A stretch of 64,000 nucleotides of DNA from Macrostomum lignano. Its lineage: Eukaryota. Every line of letters begins with the position of its first letter. The first letter of the stretch is position 1. The notes under the pieces were generated by a model, which did not search any database, had not been told where the DNA came from, and worked only from the letters and a program-made list of their open reading frames with translations. The translations under genes and the position numbers were made by a program. The stretch covers positions 134,488 to 198,487 of the forward strand of contig NIVC01000545.1 of the NCBI GenBank assembly GCA_002269645.1, given 5' to 3'. This document shows, in pieces, positions 1-16,680 of the stretch.

Positions 1-285
1 CTGGACGGCCGTATCTTCCTCCTGGGCGGCATCTGCGGCCCCAGCGAGAAGGAGATCATGGCCTCAGTAGAGTGGCTTGAGCCGGGCACCAAACGAATGG
101 GCACGGCCCACGCCATGCCCTTCCCAGCCTCCGGTCTGACCACCTGCGTCCTGGACCTGCTGGACTACTCGGAGGAGCTGGCTAGGCAGCGTCGGCGAAA
201 GTCCAGCAGCCCGGACGGCTTCTGCCCTGCGCCGATGCGGCTGCTGACTGATGAAGACTCCGACGAGCTTCCGGACGATGGCTGA
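1..285 (+). CDS. 3' end of a Kelch-repeat protein gene (partial, runs off the window start)
   Basis: Frame 1 from base 1 reads LDGRIFLLGGICGPSEKEIMASVEWLEPGTKRMGTAHAMPFPASGLTTCVLD. This is a Kelch blade (hydrophobic-GG...SVE...(W)...MP...C), followed by an acidic tail and TGA at 283-285. Confidence 0.7.
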   Translation: MDGRIFLLGGICGPSEKEIMASVEWLEPGTKRMGTAHAMPFPASGLTTCVLDLLDYSEELARQRRRKSSSPDGFCPAPMRLLTDEDSDELPDDG

Positions 286-514
286 CCGACCGTCATTTAG
301 CAGCTCTCATTTTCTGAAAATTTCCAGTGAATGCCTGTTCTATGCAAGCCTTGCTATCGTTTTTATTAAAAGTACTTTGTAAAACAGCGACTGTGGCACA
401 GATTATATGGGGAAAATACATTGCAGAAACTAGTTCGAAAAGTTTTGAGCCATTGCTAATGCATTACCGATATAAATAAAATACTCCGATTGGTGTCGGT
501 TGTAAATACAATAG

Positions 515-790
515 CAGTAGAGGATAGCACAACTTGCCGCAAGGAAAACCGCGGAAATTCCGTGGGTCCGCCGTGAGAGTACATATCGGGCGTGTGTGAT
601 TACATGTACATAGGGGTAGAGCTCCGCGGGAATTCCGTGGGTCCGCCGTGAGAGTACAATATAGGGCGTGTGTGATTACATGTACATAGGGGTAGAGCTC
701 CGCGGGAATTGCGTGGGCCCGCCGTGAGAATACATATAGGGCGTACATGTACATAGGGGTAGAGCTCCGCGGGAATTCCGTGGACCGCGA
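515..790 (+). repeat. Dispersed-repeat end locally amplified as ~3.5 tandem units of 67-76 bp
   Basis: The unit AGAGCTCCGCGGGAATTCCGTGGGTCCGCCGTGAGAGTAC...TACATGTACATAGGGGT starts at 618, 694 and 761. The leading AGTAGAGGATAGCAC...CCGCGGAAATTCCGTGG recurs at ~2845-2901 (+) and ~8540-8597 (-). Confidence 0.8.
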
Positions 791-1007
791 AGTAAAAATT
801 GTAACTGGTATCCAAATTTTAGCATTTGTCTCAATGCGTCAATGAATTCCTCGTTGAATTATATGCAGAAACACTTGATCTTGGCATTTTTATTTCTCGA
901 TAAGAAATCATGTATCTCAGTTCTATTTTATTCAAAGAAATTAAAAAGTTTGGTTTTGGTAATTAGAAAGAAAGCATTATTTACAGATGGCTAAATATAT
1001 CGATTAA

Positions 1008-2113
1008 CAGTAGAAAGACCATGGGGGTGTATTTCAAATACACACATTTTCCTTTGTCTGTATTTCCGAAAATATTCAAACAATTGCCATGAAAATCCCG
1101 AACACAGGCTAAAATGTTTCCACTCTATTTGATAAAGCAACTTCGAGAATCACAAAAAATCGGCATCGTCGAGATATTCAACGATTCTCCTCGGGGTGTC
1201 CGGTGGCAAAAAGCACCAACATTAGCAATTTTTTCTGCTCCAAAATCTCATTATTAAACCACGTCGGCTCAAGAAACTATGCATGTCAGTCATAGAGGCC
1301 TTTGTTCTCAGCATCCCAGACACTAGGGTCTCCTTCATCACCGTCTGGAGCATCGGCGGCGACCGTCGGGACCTTCAACAAAAGCACCCGATCGGCATCT
1401 CAGAGAAGGCTGCGTTCCCAAAACTGAAATGGAAGAATCCTCTTCTGCATGCAGCATTCAGTCAGTAGACACAATCGGTGAATGAAATGGACGATGGCGA
1501 CCCTCTAGGCTGACCTGTAGACATACGGACGACCTTCGGGACCTTCAACGGAGTGCCACCACACGGCCCCGACGAGCTGGCACCACCAACATCGTGATTT
1601 TTCTATCAAGGCACCAAACCAGGCATGTCTGCATATTATACAATGGTCCTGCACCATGTTCAGCATTCTTCCATTTCAGTTTTGGGAACGCAGCCGTCTC
1701 TGAGATGTCGATCGGGTGCTTTTGTTGAAGGTCCCGACGGTCGCCGCCGATGCTCCAGACGTTGATGAAGGGGACCCTGGTGCCTAGAAAGCTGAGAAGA
1801 AAGGCCTCTACGACAGATGGACCCAGATTATTGAGCCAATATGGATTCACCATAAAGGTTTATACAGTGTAGTGTTGGTTGTCCTTGCCACCAGTGTCTT
1901 CAACAAGAATCGTTGAATATCTCGACGATGCTGACGTCGGATGACTTTGAAAGTTAGTTCGTCGAAAAGGGGGGGGGGAATTTTGATCCAAATTGTGGAC
2001 TTTTACGAAAATCGGTTATTTGGTTTGCGAGCTATGGTGAAATTGGTTGTGTGTATTTGTAATACACCCCCTGGTCTTTCCCCATGGAGAAAAATAGCGT
2101 GGTCTTTCTACTG
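1008..2113. mobile_element. Non-autonomous foldback / MITE-like DNA element with terminal and long internal inverted repeats
   Basis: TTAA|CAGTAGAAAGACCA (1004-1021) mirrors TGGTCTTTCTACTG|TTAA (2100-2117). Subterminal GGGGGTGTATTTCAAATACACACA mirrors ~2048-2071. CATCGTCGAGATATTCAACGATTCT (~1165-1189) mirrors ~1906-1930. Arms of ~150 bp at ~1290-1438 and ~1665-1815 are about 90% identical in inverted orientation. Confidence 0.75.
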
Positions 2114-3035
2114 TTAAACGATGTTTTAAATACGAATATAGTTGCCTAGCATCTCTCACCCTTTTCTGTGGGTGGTGGCTGCGTTGCTAAATGGAATTTT
2201 TTGCTGAATAATAATCAGTTTTATGTTCCCCGATACTCTTGGCAGCCAATGACTTCTCAAGTAGAAGGACGGGAAACTATACGTTTCTTGGAAAATTCTA
2301 GGAAGCCGGTTTTACCGAAAAAAATTCGGAGACAGGAGATTTTCATTTTCATCGTAGGATGTTGAGCTTCATCGTGCTCATAGTTTAGAGCTTTTACACA
2401 TTTTCGTTTCATATTTATATTCCTGTTTGCAGTATTGCGAAGTGAGCACATTTCCTAGTACCTAAGGTAGTTTGAAAAAAACAAATAAAAAATCGTTTTG
2501 AATTGATGTTGAATGTTGGCTTCGGCATGCAAGATTCGTCACCCAGTTCTTCTTGGGAGCAAGTGAGTCTGGCACAAAATAATATATACTTTTGTTATTC
2601 TTAAATGCAGAATATTCTTGTGAAATTTTTATTTTTATTTGACTGGGTATTGAATGAAGCGAGTACTGCTTCGCGCACCCAACTTTTATTCTGTACACAG
2701 CGATCTGGATTCTTGGGAATCCAGAGACAAATTTATTGTTACAAATTTAAGTGGATAGTTTTGATCAGACATTCAATGCTATTGTCGTCGTATCGTTATT
2801 CACTTTCTCATCTCTCGAAATTCATTCGTTATCTCGTTGGTCAACAGTAGTAGAGGATGCACAACTGCCACAGGGAAAGCCGCGGAAATACCGTGGACCC
2901 CGTAGGCAGATAATTAACGATAACCAACATGGCGAACTTTCAACTAGGCGTATTTTACTCGTAATACACTAGCCCAAACCCTAAAACTATTACGTGAAAC
3001 CTAAACCTAACTTTAAAACCTCACCCTAAACTTAA

Positions 3036-3327
3036 GGGGTTGTGGCCAAGTAGTAAGAGCGCTGGACTCACGACTTGAAGGTTGGGGGTTCGATTACCGA
3101 TCTCACTGGAACAATTTGTGTCTTTGAGCAAGACACTTGACTCTGCCTGTATTGCTTCAGTTCACCCAGCTGTAAAATTCAGCCGTGTGTGGCGACACCC
3201 AGTTCTTGGACTGAACAGCCGTACGCAGCCTTCAGATGCGCCACTCAATAGCTGCAGCTGAGCTGTCGGTTGCACATCTGCCTATTGGGGCAGGTGTAAT
3301 CAATTATTATTATTATTATTATTATTA
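3036..3327 (+). mobile_element. tRNA-derived SINE with (ATT)n tail
   Basis: A-box-like TGGCCAAGTAG (~3043-3053) and B-box-like GGTTCGATTACC (3087-3098), then a TTGAGCAAGACACTT central motif typical of SINE2 bodies, ending in (ATT)n. Its 3' end plus flank (3238-3371) is tandemly duplicated at 3372-3505. Confidence 0.75.
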
Positions 3328-3654
3328 GTACTAAACTAAAACTAAGATGCTTAAGATGCCAGGCATCTTTTGCGCCACTCAATAGCTGCAGCTGAGCTGT
3401 CGGTTGCACATCTGCCTATTGGGGCAGGTGTAATCAATTAATATTATTATTATTATTATTAGTACTAAACTAAAACTAAGATGCTTAAGATGCCAGGCAT
3501 CTTTTGCTTATTTCTCTAGTTACAGTAATTTTGCTCAATGAAAACTTGCTTTTAACATTTGCAACTCACAGTGCAGGTTCTAATTAAGCTACTGGTATTT
3601 TATGAGTGCTAAAAAATCTCTACAGCTGGTGCAATATGCATTTTCATAGCGAAA

Positions 3655-7089
<3,435 letters not shown>

Positions 7090-8667
7090 TTGGCGGCTTT
7101 GAAACTTTTTTTCAAAGTTTCCCAGCTGAAACTTTTCCATTTACTTTCGAGAATCTCTTGCTACTGTCACAGTTTCCTTACTCTTTCGCACCAATGTGGG
7201 CTATACTATTAATCACCGAAAAGTGTTAAGCGACTCAGATTTCAATCGTTAGTGGTGAGGAATTCTGATTGGCTATTAAATTGTTTTTTGCTGCTAAACT
7301 GCCCGATTTCCATTTAGGCGCCATCCAGTCATTGAAGAAATTCTAGAACCAAATGCCGTACCTTGCGCAAGACACCTTCAACCCCTCGCAAACTGCCCAT
7401 AAAAGTTTACCTGGGTGTCACTTTTCGCGTCATAATAATTAGCTTAGCTAAACAATAACCCCCCCCCCTAAAACCTTCGGTCAAGTAGAATGGTAATTTC
7501 CTTGTATCGAAGGTGCAACACGCCACAAAGCCAATCCAGTGAGGCCTGTATGTTTGCTGCAAGGGATGTCAATAGGATTCCCTGGGATGCCAGACAGAAA
7601 TATCAACCTGAGGGCGGAGTTATTCACGGACAACTAAAATAGCACCCACCAGTCGCGCGTGCATTTATTGCGAATCAAGACGAATATTAAGTTTTGTTTA
7701 GGACTTTACGAATTTCGTGATTATTCTAGCCAAAGTGTGTTCAGGTCAGGAAGTGCATGTAGACGAAGGAACGGTTGTACCAATCGGCCGTTCGTGGTCC
7801 GGTTCACTGTAAAAGGCACCGAACTCGATTTCGGCAGGTGCAGATGCAGATGCAGCAGTCATTGTTCTCTTAATTTTCTGCGCCGGTTGCAGGTGGCTTG
7901 TTTTGTTAGTTATTTGTTAGTTGTTTGTTAGTTGAAAAATCGATGGAATGGCTCCTGGATGCAGCCGCCTTTCGCACATTTGCTAAGAGACCTTAAATTG
8001 CTCAACGAAGCAAGATGGAGAGAAGTCCATTCTCTCTATTCTATATGGTCAACAGATGGTCTGTGGAGGCATAGATATATATAGAATATAGACTGCGAAT
8101 CTCGGGGGCTGCCCAGGCTCGTTGTGGGACAAAAAAGCAATACAAAAATTGGTCCTTCGCCCACTGCCCCTTTCGATAGATATGTGGAACAAAAATTAGT
8201 TAATAGAGAGGACAGATTGAAGAGAAGTAGAGAATAGAAGAGAAGAAGGAAAAAAATTCTTGCATATTGAAACTGTGATTCCACTGGTATAAGTTTGAAA
8301 ATGGTACCGGTTTTATTCACACTGGGTAAACTGTATTCAATATCTAATACGTAAAACCCACAGTTCGCCCAAACGTTTTCCCACTGGGATTACGAAATGA
8401 AACTTTATGTATACTCAGCAACATTAAAAAGTCGCCACCCTATGCGCCAGTGAGCAATTTCACTTGGACTATTCTGAAATAGAAGATACGAGAAAACCGA
8501 TCGGGGTAGCGTTATCCAACCCTCGCACACCGCTCCCCCAGGTCCACGGAATTTCCGCGGCTTTCCCTTCGGCAGAGTTTTGCTATCCTTACTACTGTTT
8601 TACCCTAATCAAGCTAAGGTCTAGTTGCAACTGCACAACCCTTAATTAACAGAAAATTTTCCCAAAC

Positions 8668-8828
8668 GTGTTTGCCATCGTCGGATGCAACAGCCAGCAA
8701 TTATATGACACGGCCGAGATCCACTGCCCGATGAATGAGCGGCATGTGGACGCTCGTGTCCTCCCGACTGTCGGCTGCCCCTATTAGACACTTTTGTGAT
8801 TGGCCAGTCGGTGTACGCATTGTACTAC
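8668..8828 (+). pseudogene. Degenerate Kelch-exon fragment paralogous to 15107-15280
   Basis: Shares ATGACACGGCCGAGATC(C/T)ACTG, GTGGACGCTCGTG and TTGTGATTGGCCAGTC(G/T)GTGTACGC with the Kelch exon of the downstream gene, but carries indels. Confidence 0.7.
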
Positions 8829-10025
8829 TATCTGAATTTTCAGTGTGATCTGGTAAATAAGACAGAATGCTGATGTGATAGCTTTATCAACTGAGGCAGT
8901 AGTGTTGCATTGTAGGAGTAAGAAAGTGCGCGAGAGCTTAGCTGAATGTGTTGATTAGTTGGCACTGAGGCGGTTGGTGCAGACAGATAACAAGTGCGCA
9001 TGGGGTCAAGGAATACTAAAGTGCGTAGAAGGACACAACACGCGAAATCTATGGGATGAGGCGGAAGGCCTTTTAGTTTCAATAGATGGAATGGCAGCGA
9101 AGATTTTGCACTGCATTGCGCGTTTATTTATACAAGTGAAAACAGCGCGAGATTATTGAGGGTCCGAGGGAGGTGCGCACATGTGGAGTGGCGTGATTGG
9201 CTACGCCAACCCCCTGGCTTAGCGAGCCGGCTAGCGCGGTGCGCCACCACCCCACCTCAGCTAGACAGAGGTTGGCGGGGGGGGGGGTTTCCAGTGCGGC
9301 TGCACTGGTGCTGCCGGTCGCATAGTCTGGCCGCCACAGGGAAATATTTTGAAGGTCACTTTACCAAACAATGTCACTTTTGAATGGATGCACGTGGAGA
9401 TGTCTTTTCTCGCTGGGACCATCGAAATTTATTCCCCTTTAGGATAAAATAGCATTCGCGGCTTTTGCTCTAACTCTTCGAGGGGTTCGATTGGCCGAGT
9501 AGAATCTGTAAACAATATAAATAAATGTTAGTTGCAAAGCGTTAGCATCCAGCTAAATGTTTATCTAAAGTGGCCTTCAAAACTTTTTCCATGAAACGTG
9601 AGTTGTCGCGTCCTGTATATATTTCGCTTTAGTTGTCCTTGTATGGGCTGGGGTTTAATACTCGGGAAAAAATCGGGTCCCTCTGGAAATCTGGCACGTG
9701 CAGACAGGATCTGCGTGCGTTATTGTTTTGCCTGATTGCGGAATTGAGGAATGCAGATTACCGAATTGAAAGGATAGCTGATTCATGTAGCCAGACAGTA
9801 GCTATAAAAAATCAAAAAATATTTATAGTGTCTAGGGTAGAATTTTATCTACAATATAGAAAAAAGTTTATTATGTTCTATGGCAATTCATTTCGTATCA
9901 TTCACATGTGGCATCTAGTGTTTTTCAAGTATTACAAGGAAGCAAGTCGCCTTTGGCCTAGATGACTGAATGACAGACGGAGGAGTTCACAATTGTTGGC
10001 AGTAAAATCATTAGACTAATCTGCC

Positions 10026-13000
10026 ATGAATCAATATCCAAGAAGCGACCACAGCGATGGCAATGGTTTTGGCAAACAATTTTATATCATTCAGGAGACA
10101 GTTTCAGAAAATCTTAACAATCGTGAACAAGAGCCAGTCTCAAACGGCGTCATTACCGAGTCAGCACCAGACAATCTGAACGCAAGTGAACAAGAGCCAG
10201 CCTCAAACGGCGTCATTACCGAGTCAGCACCAGACAATCTGAACGCAATTGAACAAGAGCCAGCCTCAAACGGCGTCATTACCGAGTCACAACCAGACAA
10301 TCTGAACGCAAGTGAACAAGAGCCAGCCTCAAACGGCGTCATTACCGAGTCACAACCAGACAATCTGAACGCAAGTGAACAAGAGCCAGCCTCAAACGGC
10401 GTCATTACCGAGTCAGCACCAGACAATCTGAACGCAATTGAACAAGAGCCAGCCTCAAACGGCGTCATTACCGAGTCAGCACCAGACAATCTGAACGCAA
10501 GTGAACAAGAGCCAGCCTCAAACGGCGTCATTACCGAGTCACAACCAGACAATCTGAACGCAAGTGAACAAGAGCCAGCCTCAAACGGCGTCATTACCGA
10601 GTCAGCACCAGACAATCTGAACGCAATTGAACAAGAGCCAGCCTCAAACGGCGTCATTACCGAGTCAGCACCAGACAATCTGAACGCAAATGAACAAGAG
10701 CCAGCCTCAAACGGCGTCATTACCGAGTCACAACCAGACAATCTGAACGCAATTGAACAAGAGCCAGCCTCAAACGGCGTCATTACCGAGTCACAACCAG
10801 ACAATCTGAACGCAAGTGAACAAGAGCCAGCCTCAAACGGCGTCACTACCGAGTCACAACCAGACAATCTGAGCGCAAGTGAACAAGAGCCAGCCTCACA
10901 CGGTGTCATTACCGCGTCAGCACCAGACAATCTGAACGCAAGTGAACAAGAGCCAGCCTCAAACGGCGTCATTACCGAGTCAGCACCAGACAATCTGAAC
11001 GCAAGTGAACAAGAGCCAGCCTCAAACGGCGTCATTACCGAGTCACAACCAGACAATCTGAACGCAATTGAACAAGAGCCAGCCTCAAACGGCGTCATTA
11101 CCGAGTCAGCACCAGACAATCTGAACGCAATTGAACAAGAGCCAGCCTCAAACGGCGTCATTACCGAGTCAGCACCAGACAGTCTGAACGCAAGTGAACA
11201 AGAGCCAGCGTCAAATTTCATTCAGAAGTCAGTACGAAATAACCTTCCGGATCATGGTGTCACCTTTCAACATTCACCAAAGTTGTCAATTTTTACGGAT
11301 GTTCTTACCAAATCATGCGATGTCCTGCCGCCAAGTATAAAGGATGAAAGAACAGAAAAGTCTCTCGATATTTCCGACTCTATATTCGAGCAGTCTCACA
11401 TACAAAGTACAAACGCTACTGAGAAAAGTAATATTTTGCAAAGAGCCTTTCCTAAGCTGACGCAGATGCTAATGTCTAATCAGCTGGAGCCCCGGATGCA
11501 TCAGCTGGTGCAGGAGTACATCACTACTGAATGGGACACTGACTGGCTATCTGCAGACCTATCGTTCTTCAACACCTACACGGTTGTATTGGTGGATTCA
11601 GGCGAGACTAGGCAAGTTAGTCCTCAATTGCTCAGCTTGCACAGCACCTATTTCAAAGCAGCATTCCAGCATTCTCAATCAACGTGAGTACTGAATTCCG
11701 GAATACTTCTAAGGTACTCAAAGTGTAAACACCTAATAGAGAGATTTTAATAAAGTTAAGACTACTCTGCACTGTTTTGGGCAACAGCATGTTGAAATTT
11801 TAGGCTATGCGCGCTATTCTAAAAGAATGATATTGCCGCCTTGTGGTGTCAAACTACCCACCTCGCTCCAGGACCTTAAACGTCTGTCTGGGCTCAATGG
11901 CACATCTCGAGCCGCATGTCAGGGCCATCATTGACTCGATAAACAGCCCTGACGATCAGCTAGACATCACAGTGGAGAACTATCTCGAAATTTTTTTAGC
12001 CTCTGACTTTCTCGGATGCAATCAGCTGCAGGACCGCTGTGTGCAGCTTATGAAGTGCGTATTTGCCCACAACGCCGTGGAGGCTCTCAGAGCTTTTCAC
12101 TCTCTTTTCAAATACTTTTCTTACGAATCGTATAAAGTCTGTCTGAAGCCGATACTAAGAAATATTAACAAGCTGAACCATGATGGATATCTGCAGCGCT
12201 TGGAAGTAGATGAGCTGGAATATTTGCTCATGCACGACATGCTGAACTGCAAGATTGAACTCGACGTAAGCACCTTAATACTTTTAGATTATTGCTTGCT
12301 TAAATCAGTCTCCGTGTGGTTTAGAATCTAAAAAAGCGTGAAACATTTGGCAGGTATTGCGAATAATCGACCGGTGGATGCATTATCGGCGTAAGGTTCC
12401 GGATGCGGAAATCTCACCGCAGCTGGACCGCCTGATGTGCTGCGTCAGATCCAAGAAGTTGACTGTTTGCGAGAAGATTTATTGTCGAAAGAAGTTGCCG
12501 CTGACTACGAAGTCCATTTACAAAGGGCTTATTACAAAAAACGCGGACTCTTTTGGTGACTTCTTTCAGCGTTACAATCGGAAAGTGCATAAAGAGTCCG
12601 AGGAAAGGCAGCCTCACCAAGTGGTTTTGCTGCTTATCTGCTGCTCCATCAACGAGTCAGTAATATCTCAAGGCATTCCCCGAAGCCAGCCGCTTGCCCA
12701 TTGCATGTACGTCAATCCCTACAATGGAAAGCTACTGGATGGCCCGCCAGATGGTCGAAAGTGAGTTTTGTTGTCCACGCAAATCTTCCATTTTTTCTCA
12801 AGGGAATTCTAGGTCATTTCGCACTTAGATTGTACTCGTAAATTACCTTTTCATTTTACGAGCATACGTGAGTTTTTTTGATTTGCAATATTTTTCACTA
12901 GTGATCTTTATATGCACGAGCTCATTATAGCTGCGGCATAGTTGTACTCGTACTTTTACTTTCTGGCTTGTCAAGCAGTTGCATTAGAAGGCTTTGCATC

Positions 13001-16000
13001 TTCCCTCCTCAACCAACACCAAAAACAGACAGGGATGTCAGGATCATAAAAACTGAAGCGGACACGCTTGTCCCTTACTAAATTAGTTAACTGTACTTTA
13101 AAGTTTATTGTCAACTCGAAAACAGTAGTAGCAGGGCGCTTTACATGCAATAACAACATCAAACGACGATCGTCACGATCATGGTAGACGCGCTATCCAT
13201 GCTTCGCTCGCTTCCACCGACGATTGGAAGACAATTAAGTCACGCAGTAACAGTCAGGACGCGGGACAGCAACCGCAGCAGCCTTCGCCACTTCAACTGC
13301 AACGTTCGACTGACTCCACATCCGACTACTACTAATGCCAAGGCCGGCAGCAATCCGCTCGTCGCTCCACGCTCCAGACTTAGGCGGCAGTTGCACAGGT
13401 GCTGCTGATGCAGCAACAGCGGCTGCAAGATTTCACCAAGCCATTCTACTAATTTGCGTTCCACTGATTTGCAATGCTCGCCTCATTCGCTTAAAATTCT
13501 CAACAAAATACAGCTCCACCATTTATGCGTGTATGAAGTAACCTTATCCCGAACCTCAATGTATGGAGGTTAGGATTAGGGTTAGAAACGGCCTTTCTTT
13601 ACCGCATCGACCACTCTGTCATTATCGACGTTAATACATTTGAAGCACTTCGAAGCTTTGCTCTCAACAAGTCACGAGCCCTCGACTCATGCTAACCCAA
13701 CGCCTACGAGCTGCCAAGGTCTGCCCGTGTCATTCAATCCAACTGTGCCAACGCCCAGGAGAAGAAAAATGCCCCTCTCGGCGCCTCCTTTCTATCCACT
13801 GCGGCTTTGCATCCGATCTAGACAGGCTATCGAGAACTAAAAAAACGTTTTTCTTCTGGCCACAAGCCAGCCGTCCGTCAGAACCGTCTGTACATGTAGA
13901 TTGTAGACGATCTATAAAGTCGTACCCTGCTTGAACTCCTGTCAAAGATCACGCTGCCATGGATTTGTCCCAGCTTCAGTGCCATCTGGATTTCTAGGTT
14001 AAGACACTACAAGCTACCTGGAACGGCATACTCATTGCTTGACTCCCCTTGAAAGACTTTTAAAGACTTACTTGACTCTTATAGCAGTTATCGTTTAGCC
14101 CACTTTTCATGTGAGCTTATGGTACTTTTGAAACAATCGTGACAAAGGAAGAACGATACAAGCGTAAGCCCCAACGACGGGAAGCAACCGCGACAGCAAC
14201 CTCGCTCTCCAAGCAAATATAAGCCAGAAGCTAGAGCTTTTTTTCCTTACTACAACATACGCACATAACATACTTTGATATAATCTGTAGTTCATCATCA
14301 ACTTGAAAGGTGGAAACACGTTCAAGTGAAAGCATTAGAGGAGCAAACGTACGAGCCTACTGCAATCATTCGATAATTGTACTTTAATTCAATGAAATAT
14401 GATTGTATTGCTATTCGGGAGATAATTGATTGCGCACATACAAGATTTTCATTTTTAGTATATAGGAAATCAGTATCTTTCTAATCCGATTTTGCCAATG
14501 CTAAATCTACAGTGTAAACATCTTTTCATGCTATTTCTTGTATTTTTTATCACTCGTACCTCGCCTAAATTTAGCTCGCAACATAACAATAGTGGGGCTT
14601 GTAATTGCGACTAACTGCACATCATGTAGGCAATTATTGTTCTGTCTGACAAATATAATGCTCAGCTTGCTACTTTGCTCGATCTCCTCTCATCTTGACC
14701 TATGATCAGGGTGAGTCACGTGGTCGACCCAGAGTTCGTGTTGGTGCCCTACCATCTCAGGGAAGAAGGATCTCGAGCGAAAATCTTCTGCGTAGCCGCT
14801 GGCAACAATATTTACGTGGTCGGCGGCATCTGGGCCTTAAATATACAGCGAAAGGTGCTGCGCTTCGACCGCCAGGAGCCCCAGCTGGGCTGGAGAGTGT
14901 GCTCGCAGCTCAACGAGGCTCGAATTGGTCACTGCTGCACAGTGGTGCAGGGCTACCTCTACGCAATCGGAGGATGCATTAGTAGTCAAACCGAACTAGC
15001 AAGCGTCGAGAGGTTCCCTATTGATAAAAACTCGAACAGATGGTCCCTGGTGGAGCAGATGCTGTATATGCGAAAGGACGCCGCGGCGGTGGAGCATCGA
15101 GGACGCGTATTTGTCATTGGCGGCATCGCCGGCCTGAAAAAGCATGACACGGCCGAGATCTACTGTCCGATGAGCAACGCGTGGACGCTCGTGCCCTCCA
15201 GAATGTCAAAGCCGCGCTGCCTACTGGGCGCTGTTGTGATTGGCCAGTCTGTGTACGCGGTGGGCGGCAAGTACTACTCCGAATGCTTGCGGTCGGTCGA
15301 GCGCTGGCAGGAGGGCAGCGGCTGGCATCGACTCAGTCAAAAGGTGCGCCTATTGCAGAGGGAGTCCCCATTAAAACGCGAATAGCATAAACTTAGCGAA
15401 AGAGAGATTAAGGGCAGTAAACCAAGCGTACAAGTCATTTTACCTAAACTGTCGTCTATTGTTTGTTACGCGCACTGAGTCCTTTCTGGCCAGCGTCCTT
15501 GCTGGCAAGCCTCCAAGATCTGGGGCTCCAGGACGCTAATGCACCAGTCACCTTGAGCTACATGTAGGTGCCTAGAAGCCTACTGTCTGTAAGCCTCTTC
15601 TTGACTGCATCTTGATCTGCGTCACGGCCTCAGGCTGAAACTGGGTTTCCCAGTTTACCACCTGTAACTACCTGACTGGGTTGGATCACGGACTACTTAA
15701 GTCTATCTACTAGTGGTCCTTGGGTTGGATTTTAGGTTACGGTTTAGCTTGAGACTAAGGTTGGAAGTCAATTTTTTATTGTGAAATTTAGATAGGCAAA
15801 GTTAGTGTACCTGGCCCTTCAAGTTGAATTCCGAACGTTTATCCCTGACACAGATGGATCGAGACATTTGCTCATTGGGCTGCGTGGCCGTCGATGAGAG
15901 AATTCTCATGTTCGGCGGGCTCGATTCTTTCAATACCAAAATAGACCGCATCAATTTCTTGGACATCGAGGACGCAGCTGCCGGCTCTGGCAAGCTGTTG

Positions 16001-16099
16001 GATGCGCGACGGAAAGCGCTGAAGCAGCGCTTTTCAGACCAGCTGATCCCCGGAGATGTGCAGGGACTGTCGGCCTGCGTTCTGGACTTTGACTTTTAG
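10026..16099 (+). CDS. BTB-BACK-Kelch (KLHL-family) protein with N-terminal 21-aa tandem repeats, 5 exons, ~1122 aa
   Basis: Exons 10026-11683, 11872-12265, 12354-12760, 14710-15343 and 15824-16099 all have GT-AG ends, matching phases, and sum to 3369 nt (1123 codons). BTB: YTVVLVDSG...LLSLHSTYFKAAF...ENYLEIFLASDFLGCNQLQDRC. BACK: LQRLEVDELEYLLMHDML...IIDRWM. Kelch blades: IYVVGG, YLYAIGG, VFVIGG, VYAVGG, ILMFGG. Confidence 0.85.
10125..11216 (+). repeat. Coding 63-bp tandem repeat (EQEPASNGVITES[A/Q]PDNLNA[S/I]) x17 plus a partial copy
   Basis: Unit GAACAAGAGCCAGCCTCAAAC... starts at 10125 and the 18th partial unit starts at 11196. It is in frame with the BTB domain. Confidence 0.95.
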
Positions 16100-16380
16100 G
16101 CTGGTCAGACAGTGCCGAACGTTTTTGATGCGATAATTTTATATATTTTGTTTTAATATTGCTTTTCAACGGACACCGAGTGCATCTGGCATTTTGTATT
16201 GTACTGTAATGCCAAATATTATTCAAGTGTATTATAGGCTTCCAAAATTATAATGTAGACTGGGTCTTCCAGGCTAACCTTCCGAGCAAAAGGGATTTTA
16301 TGTGCAATAAGAAATTATAATGGATTAAAAAATTAGCCTACATCAAGTTATGTGCGTTTGCAAGCTCAATATCAATACCT

Positions 16381-16680
16381 GAGTCTGCTTGCCTACCCTC
16401 TTGAGTCTGCTTGCCTACTCTCTTGAGTCTGCTTGCCTACTCTCTTGAGTCTGCTTGCCTACTCTCTTGAGTCTGCTTGCCTACTCTCTTGAGTCTGCTT
16501 GCCTACTCTCTTGAGTCTGCTTGCCTACTCTCTTGAGTCTGCTTGCCTACCCTCTTGAATCTGCTTGCCTACCTACTCTCTTGAGTCTGCTTGCCTACCT
16601 ACTCTCTTGAGTCTGCTTGCCTACCCTCTTGAGTCTGCTTGCCTACTCTCTTGAGTCTGCTTGCCTACCCTCTTGAATCT
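16381..16680. repeat. 22-bp minisatellite GAGTCTGCTTGCCTACTCTCTT
   Basis: About 13 near-identical tandem units. Confidence 0.95.

Noticed and set aside
2970-3030. CCTAAA-like repeats resembling telomeric DNA
   Set aside because: Too short and degenerate; probably part of the adjacent dispersed repeat.
10091-11221. 376-aa antisense ORF over the Kelch N-terminal repeat
   Set aside because: Shadow of a stop-free 63-bp repeat; the + frame continues into a BTB domain.
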